A DNA stretch of 56,647 nt, filler included, from Catajapyx aquilonaris (taxonomy: Eukaryota), in the NCBI GenBank assembly GCA_000934665.2. It is 2 parts of 2 records of this genome, joined end to end, with 100 filler letters (N's around TTAATTAATTAA, not from the genome) between each part and the next. Parts side by side here need not be neighbours in the genome. Positions count along the whole stretch, not along the records: positions 28,239 to 56,647 come from JYFJ02004926.1; 1 more part is not named here. One strand, given 5' to 3'. The notes below the pieces were generated by a model, which was not told the DNA's origin, ran no database searches, and saw only the letters and a list, made by a program, of their open reading frames with translations. Within the stretch, counting starts at the first letter, position 1; each line of letters opens with the position of its first letter. Below are positions 50,821 to 56,647 of the stretch, one piece after another. Position numbers and translations under genes: made by a program.

Positions 50821-52486
50821 GTTATTTTAAAGTGAAATCATTAAGACATCCATTAGTATTACTTGGCTGTGATGTGTCTTTCCTGAAGAACTGTGTGATT
50901 TTAATGTTAGCTTTTTGTTTGCGGAAGAGATAATTATTATCTGAGAGTGAAGATGTGACTCAAAAAAGTCCGCAGCAAGGGCATGGGAATATTTTCAGAT
51001 TTAATGCCATGTACATGAGTCGCAATGGCAGTTTTCTGTGAGCCTGAAGCACAGCTAATTTTTTCCTACTAGAACAACGTAACAATGATTAAGGAAATTA
51101 TTACTGATAAATAATTATTAGTGTGTATTAAAGTTCAAAATTTTAAATCGAAATTTTATAAACTCAAAAACCAAAACTTCTCTTTTATTACCCAGTGCCA
51201 TATTATTCATATTAACAAAGCGCAATACCATTCTGAAATCATAATTAATGAAAATTACTTACAGCGTGCGATACAATCAAGTTGATTGATAACAGGAGAG
51301 ACAAACAGAATTAGTGGAACTTTTGTTAATGCTTCTTCTTGACTTAACAAGCAATTAGCGATGCCTGCAGGAGACTTTTTAATACTGGTATGGAAAAACA
51401 AACCAGTAGACAAAAAGAAATGACAGAAAGTAACAAGGGTTTGACAAAGTAATGCTTTAACACTTGCAGACTGCGCCAGACCAGTATACAAATCAAGTCA
51501 CTTAGTCTTACTGTACCTTGACTGGCCTATTGCCAGTGGACGTAGGTAGCTCTGAGCATTTCCGATGTACGTGAATGCTGTGATAACTTGCCTTTTTAGG
51601 AAAAATGGATCGGAGCAATTTATTTATTTACTAAAATTGCTTAGTACTACTTGCATAAGTGACTAGATGCCCCTTTCAATAAAATTGTTATGCACCCTTC
51701 GTGTGACCTATTGATTGCCCTCATGCACAGCAGTCAATTAATGTCATCCCAAGGTTATGCTGTTGTATTTTGTTTCATTATTTACTTTTGAATAATATGT
51801 TGAAGTGCCATGGGTCGGAATACTCTACTCTTTTTATCGAAATGGAGTGGATATCGTGTTTTGTACCTCAGGTTTTAATATACATTGTCCATAAATCCAT
51901 AATATATTACAGTATGTGGCGAGTACTTTCAGTAGGTTGAGTGAGTTGTACACTAGATAAATTAAAGTCACCTCGAGATATGTTTAGAAAAATGAAGCAT
52001 TCCAGCCCAACTTCAACATACTTCAATGTCTGTTTATGCACTTTAATAACAGCGCATGCAAATCTAAGGAAAATAAAGTAACTCTTATAAATTCATGATT
52101 GATTTGAATTCTTCCAGATACGGTAATAACTTCTTTAGTTACGGGGTATATGAGGCTATTTATTGATTTTTTTAATTCATTTCATTTCATATTTTGTATG
52201 ATTTCCAGATGTAGAAGTAGACTGCCAGTCTCCTTATAGGAGGTTGGAGTAGTTTAATCAATTATAGTACACAATGCACAAAATGTACACAGTGCAAAGT
52301 GAAAAGTAAATAAGCCAGATTTTTTTTTCCAAGCAGAATGAAACGAAAGGCAAGAGCACTGGAAATGTTGGCCAGTAAGACAGAAACCCACAGCATGACA
52401 GTGTGTATGGGTAAATTTATTCCAAGTAAAGGTGTTTTTACATGTGAGTGATTTGACAAGCGAAATCTTCGCCCAGGCTGAAGTAA

Positions 52487-54413
52487 GGTGTACTCTAAAA
52501 GGTCACCCCCCACTTGAAATCTACTAGCGCTTTACGAGTCACCATAATCCCATGAAAAAATAGAGAAGGACGGGACATGCCAAGTGTGCTGAAGGGATAC
52601 TCAGTGTTCAGCATACTGATGGAAGATCATGGAACAATTGGTGACTCCTCTCATGATGTCACCCGCATTTCCTGTCCAGGTACCATTAGGAAACCTATTC
52701 TTGAAGTCCCCTCCTGTGATAGCTGTGACAAAGACAGTCACTTTGCAGTTCAATATTTCTTCCACTAACAGTAAGATGAGTCTTCTTTCCAGCGGGTCTG
52801 GTACGGAATACCGAAAGACATAATACCGACAGACTAAATTTCCGACGGCTTTATTACCTAATACATACTTCCCCGACACCTCCTTAATAACTACAGACAC
52901 TTACGTCTACTACCCATTTTCACCTTTGAACCTTTATTACAACATCGCACATATACAACTTGGTCTTATTCATTATACATCTGCAATACCTACTACTTTC
53001 TCTATTGTTCGACAACACTATAATCCCTATTTATACTTTTCCCCTTCTCCTCACTACTTCCTCCAATAACACATTTCCTTTACATCTTTCCATTGCTTAA
53101 TATGTGCTTAATATGTGTATCCCAATCACTGCACCTCTCTCAGTCTTTCCTTTTTTACGACTGACACCTTTTTCTCCTCCGCAATCAGCTAACCCTACTC
53201 CTGTATCCTTTTTTTTCCCCATATCATCCCGTCTTTCGAACGGGTAGCCTTCATATCGTTATATGCGCCTTGTACTACTTGTCTTTCAATTTTTATTTCG
53301 TAATTCCATAACTTTCGATATTACTTTCATTAGTTATTTTTCCCTTGTCGGTGTATTTTTTTTGCAATATTTCTGCTTCATAGGTCATATTTTTAGTAGG
53401 TCTTTCCCTCCTGTCAGTATTCTCAATTTCGGTATTTTCCTGGTGTCGGTATTTTGATCTTTCCGCTTTTTTTCCGTCGGTATTTTATCCCGTCCGTATT
53501 GTTTCCGTAGGTATTGGAACCGGGACCGCTTTCCAGCAGATGTAATGCCATGACACCCAAGCGATCCATTCTCTCTTTCACCTCATCCATATTCTCTGAT
53601 ATATAACATCCCATCACCACCTCCCTTTCGTTGAGGTTCCTGGTCATGTCCGGGAAGAGGTCTCTTCCCCTGACCTCCTGACCTCGGTAGAGCCCGAAGT
53701 CCACGATGTCAGGCTGGCCCCGATCGCAGAAGAAGCAGACGGAGGTGAGCCTGAGTCCCCTGCCCCCCTGCCCTTGAGCCGGAGTGGCCATGAGCTTGAA
53801 CCTGACCCCTGAGGCCATGGTGTCTGAGAGAAGGGCCTGGTCCATCGCAACACGAGTGGTGTTTGGGGATGTGGAGAAGAAGAAGAAGGGGTCGCGTAGG
53901 TTCCTGACCCGGAGGGAGGAGGAGGCGTGGACCAGGAGAGGGGAGATGAGGGGAGGGAGGGATGGGAGTGGTGGAGATGACGATGGACCAAGGAGGAGGA
54001 TGTTGAAGGCGCAGGGTGGACCTGGACTGGTGGACCTGGACCTCATCTCTAAGGGCATGCTGGTGAAGGAGAAGGGCTCCTCCTGCGTGACCCCTGCTGA
54101 CCCTGGTGATGATGATGATGATGGGTGGGAGGAGGAGGAGGAGGAGGAAGAGTCATCCATCACGGTGGTCACCACCACTCTCTCCGCACTCCCTCGGGTC
54201 AGGAGGTCACGGATCCAGTCCACTGGGACCCTCTTGTCCTCCCTCACTATCACTATCTCACACTTGATGAAGGACTGGTCCCAATCCAGGTCCTGAAGTA
54301 AGGAGGCCACAAGAGACTGTTCCAGATCTGGTTCTGATAATGCGACACTGGCATTTGCATAAGTCACAATGGGCAAATATGAGTATTGCACAGAGTAGAA
54401 CTAATGCTTCCAT
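52487..54413 (-). pseudogene. IR pseudogene (frameshift after signal peptide, MULE-type insertion, internal deletion, 3' truncation)
   Basis: MEALVLLCAILIFAHC signal out of frame with the body; MASGVRFK...LFPDMTRNLN identical to the 28253 copy; MVTRK joined to DFKWGVTF (M1-M2 deleted). Confidence 0.85.
52794..53528. mobile_element. Non-autonomous Mutator-like insertion in the IR pseudogene
   Basis: 9-bp TSD CTTTCCAGC at 52785-52793 and 53529-53537; imperfect TIR (GGGTCTGGTACGGAATACC / GGTATTGGAACCGGGACCG); inverted AATACCGA subterminal repeats. Confidence 0.8.
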
Positions 54414-56280
54414 GTTCAAGCAGTAAAACTTGAAAGGCACAGGGTTTGACGCGAATCCGGAATGGAAGAATTCACTTCATATGTTCAGGGTACAACCGCA
54501 CTTATTGTGTTATACTGATCGCATGACCACACTCTGTGTTGACGTGCCTTTTTGCCAAATATGGGATTCGACCATGATCAAATACAAGGCTTTTATTTTG
54601 CCAAAATTGCCTTGGACTCTCAAAATGATTGGTAGCCACTTTCAACCGAATTGGTTGGCCTCCTCTGTATGTAGGTAAATGATTGTAGTACTATGTTCGC
54701 GATGGCAATCAATAAGACATGTCCTATTGATTTCAATCATTTACCTCATACCAAGGTTATGGATGCGTATGTTTTGTTTCTAAAATAATATTCAGTACTC
54801 ATTCGAATTTGTTGAAGAGCTTTGGTCCTGTTGAGTCAGAGTGATGTAATGTGCCATTTCAATAAGGAATAGATTTGTTTGGTCAGCCTGTATCGTTTGT
54901 CATCTTGACTGTCCTCACACACAAGTTATAATCGTAGATGTGCTTGTAGACTATATGCAATAATAATTATAAACAATAATGAAGAAGAGTAATTCACAAT
55001 TATCTGCAGACAATTGGGACTCTTAAAAAAATAATATGGCGAAAACTGAGTTTAATGGGCAATTTCTGTAAATCTACTGTACTTAAATCCCCGGCATAAT
55101 TTGATGCACTTATAGCAGCACCCTGTCCTGTTTTTTAAAAAAGGAATGTTGCTTTGTCTACTTGAAATAATTATACGTGTAGTGTATTATTCCAACCTGC
55201 TTCATTGAGGAATGCATAAACTGCTTTATCTGGAATTCTGGCAAAATAATCTGAAATTAAATGAATCGAAGCTGATCGAAAATTTCGCATCGGTTTTTCC
55301 CCAATTGATATAAAATTAGTGAATGATTATTATGATTGTTGTTTTCTTTTCTTTTCTTTTTTTTCCTTTGTTCCGATACTTTTACTTCCCGTTCCATTGA
55401 GTGAACCTGTGTACCTGTCAATTTTGTTTGTAAATATAGGCAGAACTATTATCGTGCGGGCACTCAATAAGCCCATTACGTAATAGAACACATCGAAGGG
55501 GTTTGATTCTTTATATCGACATATCATCAAAGAAATGGATTAATTGATGCTCCATACACTGTATTCAGATCGTGACATAAAACCTTGTAATAATGTCCCT
55601 CATACTTTGCCTTGAAGCAATTTCTTCAAAAGATACCAGTATGAAAATTTTATTTCGATTCAGTAGTGTGGCTTCCCTATATGCGTAATTCGGACCCCTC
55701 ATTTCTAATTCTTCCCTTAGACCTTTTGTGTAATGGACGCAGAGCCTTGATCTGCATGCACTAATTGAATGCACTAATAATATCAATTATTCTGGAGGAA
55801 ATATTGATCGCGATTATAAAATTACGCCATCTTTTCCCCTGTGTTGGCCCTCTTAGCTCCATGCAGGGATGCATTATTCTTCACTTGCATTGTGCAGATA
55901 TCTTTGACATCTCCTGAGAGAATGAGAACTCCTTTACTTTGCTGCCCCTTCATGCTTTCTACGATTATGATAATCTATTTTTCTCCCCCATTATTATGGA
56001 CTCTGCACGTCATCTACAGTCAGGTTTTTGATCCCTGGCATGTCAAAAGCTACGATAACAGATAACTCCGGTAGCCGTTTATTAAATATTTAACGAGCTA
56101 AGGACAAAGTAATTGCAAAGAAATTGCAGAGCAGCGAGTTCTATGCTATCATAGGAGATCTAGCGAAGGGCATAAGTGCGAAGTAATACATCAGTCCGCT
56201 ATGAATACACATTGTCAGTGCACGACTCGTTCTTAGCACAGTTTTAGTGTGACTGGCAAACGTATTGAACACGGATCATC

Positions 56281-56647
56281 ATGCCGTCTAGAACAATGCA
56301 ACTGTGTGCGTTAATTGGATTACTCTATGTTGCGGCTTGTGCAACAAACAGTGTAAACTTGATGGGAGACGATCCGGAACATTCTCACCTCGTCTCATTA
56401 CTGGAGGACCTTGTATGGGACGAGTCCTTCATCAAGTGTGGGATAGTGATAGTGAGGGAGGACAAGAGGGTCCCAGTGGACTGGATCCGTGACCTCCTGA
56501 CCCGAGGGAGTGCGGAGAGAGTGGTGGTGACCACCGTGATGGAGGACTCTTCCTCCCACCCATCATCATCATCACCACCAGGGTCAGCAGGGGTCACGCA
56601 GGAGGAGCCCTTCTCCTTCACCAGCATGCCCTTAGAGATGAGGTCCA
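56281..56647 (+). CDS. 5' end of another IR gene (runs off the window)
   Basis: Open frame MPSRTMQLCALIGLLYVAACA (signal-like)...SLLEDLVWDESFIKCGIVIVREDKRVPVDWIRDLLTRGSAERVVVTTV...MPLEMRS, homologous to ~54040-54305 (-). Confidence 0.8.
   Translation, partial: MPSRTMQLCALIGLLYVAACATNSVNLMGDDPEHSHLVSLLEDLVWDESFIKCGIVIVREDKRVPVDWIRDLLTRGSAERVVVTTVMEDSSSHPSSSSPPGSAGVTQEEPFSFTSMPLEMRS

Noticed and set aside
53423..54391. 322-aa ORF as an intact gene
   Set aside because: Part of an IR pseudogene: the signal peptide is out of frame and the C-terminus reads into an inserted transposon

Overview
Eukaryotic, arthropod-like genomic DNA (spliceosomal introns, variant ionotropic receptors, tRNA-SINE). 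It is two contigs joined by an artificial 100-bp linker (N44-TTAATTAATTAA-N44, 28139-28238), so adjacency of the halves is not established. LEFT (1-28138): no intact host gene seen. It is a dense mosaic of roughly 30 short, decayed, directly abutting fragments of many transposon groups (P/THAP, MULE, hAT, Mutator-like+YqaJ, pogo, Tc1/mariner, Sola1, Sola2, CACTA, Kolobok, Gypsy, LINE, solo-LTR-like). About 25 of about 29 recognisable coding pieces lie on the + strand. It also holds a candidate negative-strand RNA virus L-protein relic, C2H2 zinc-finger relics and a ~70-bp PIWI-domain scrap. This looks like a uni-strand (flamenco-like) piRNA cluster (inference). RIGHT (28239-56647): a gene neighbourhood with an intact 6-exon Pgk and a divergent calmodulin paralogue whose four EF-hands are degenerate. 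It also has a birth-and-death cluster of minimal tyrosine-kinase genes (one active, one intact membrane-anchored HGN pseudokinase, two relics) and four ionotropic-receptor (IR) loci, three of which share a near-identical GC-rich N-terminal block, plus MITEs, a Helitron and a SINE. All family assignments are by eye from motifs; no database search was run.
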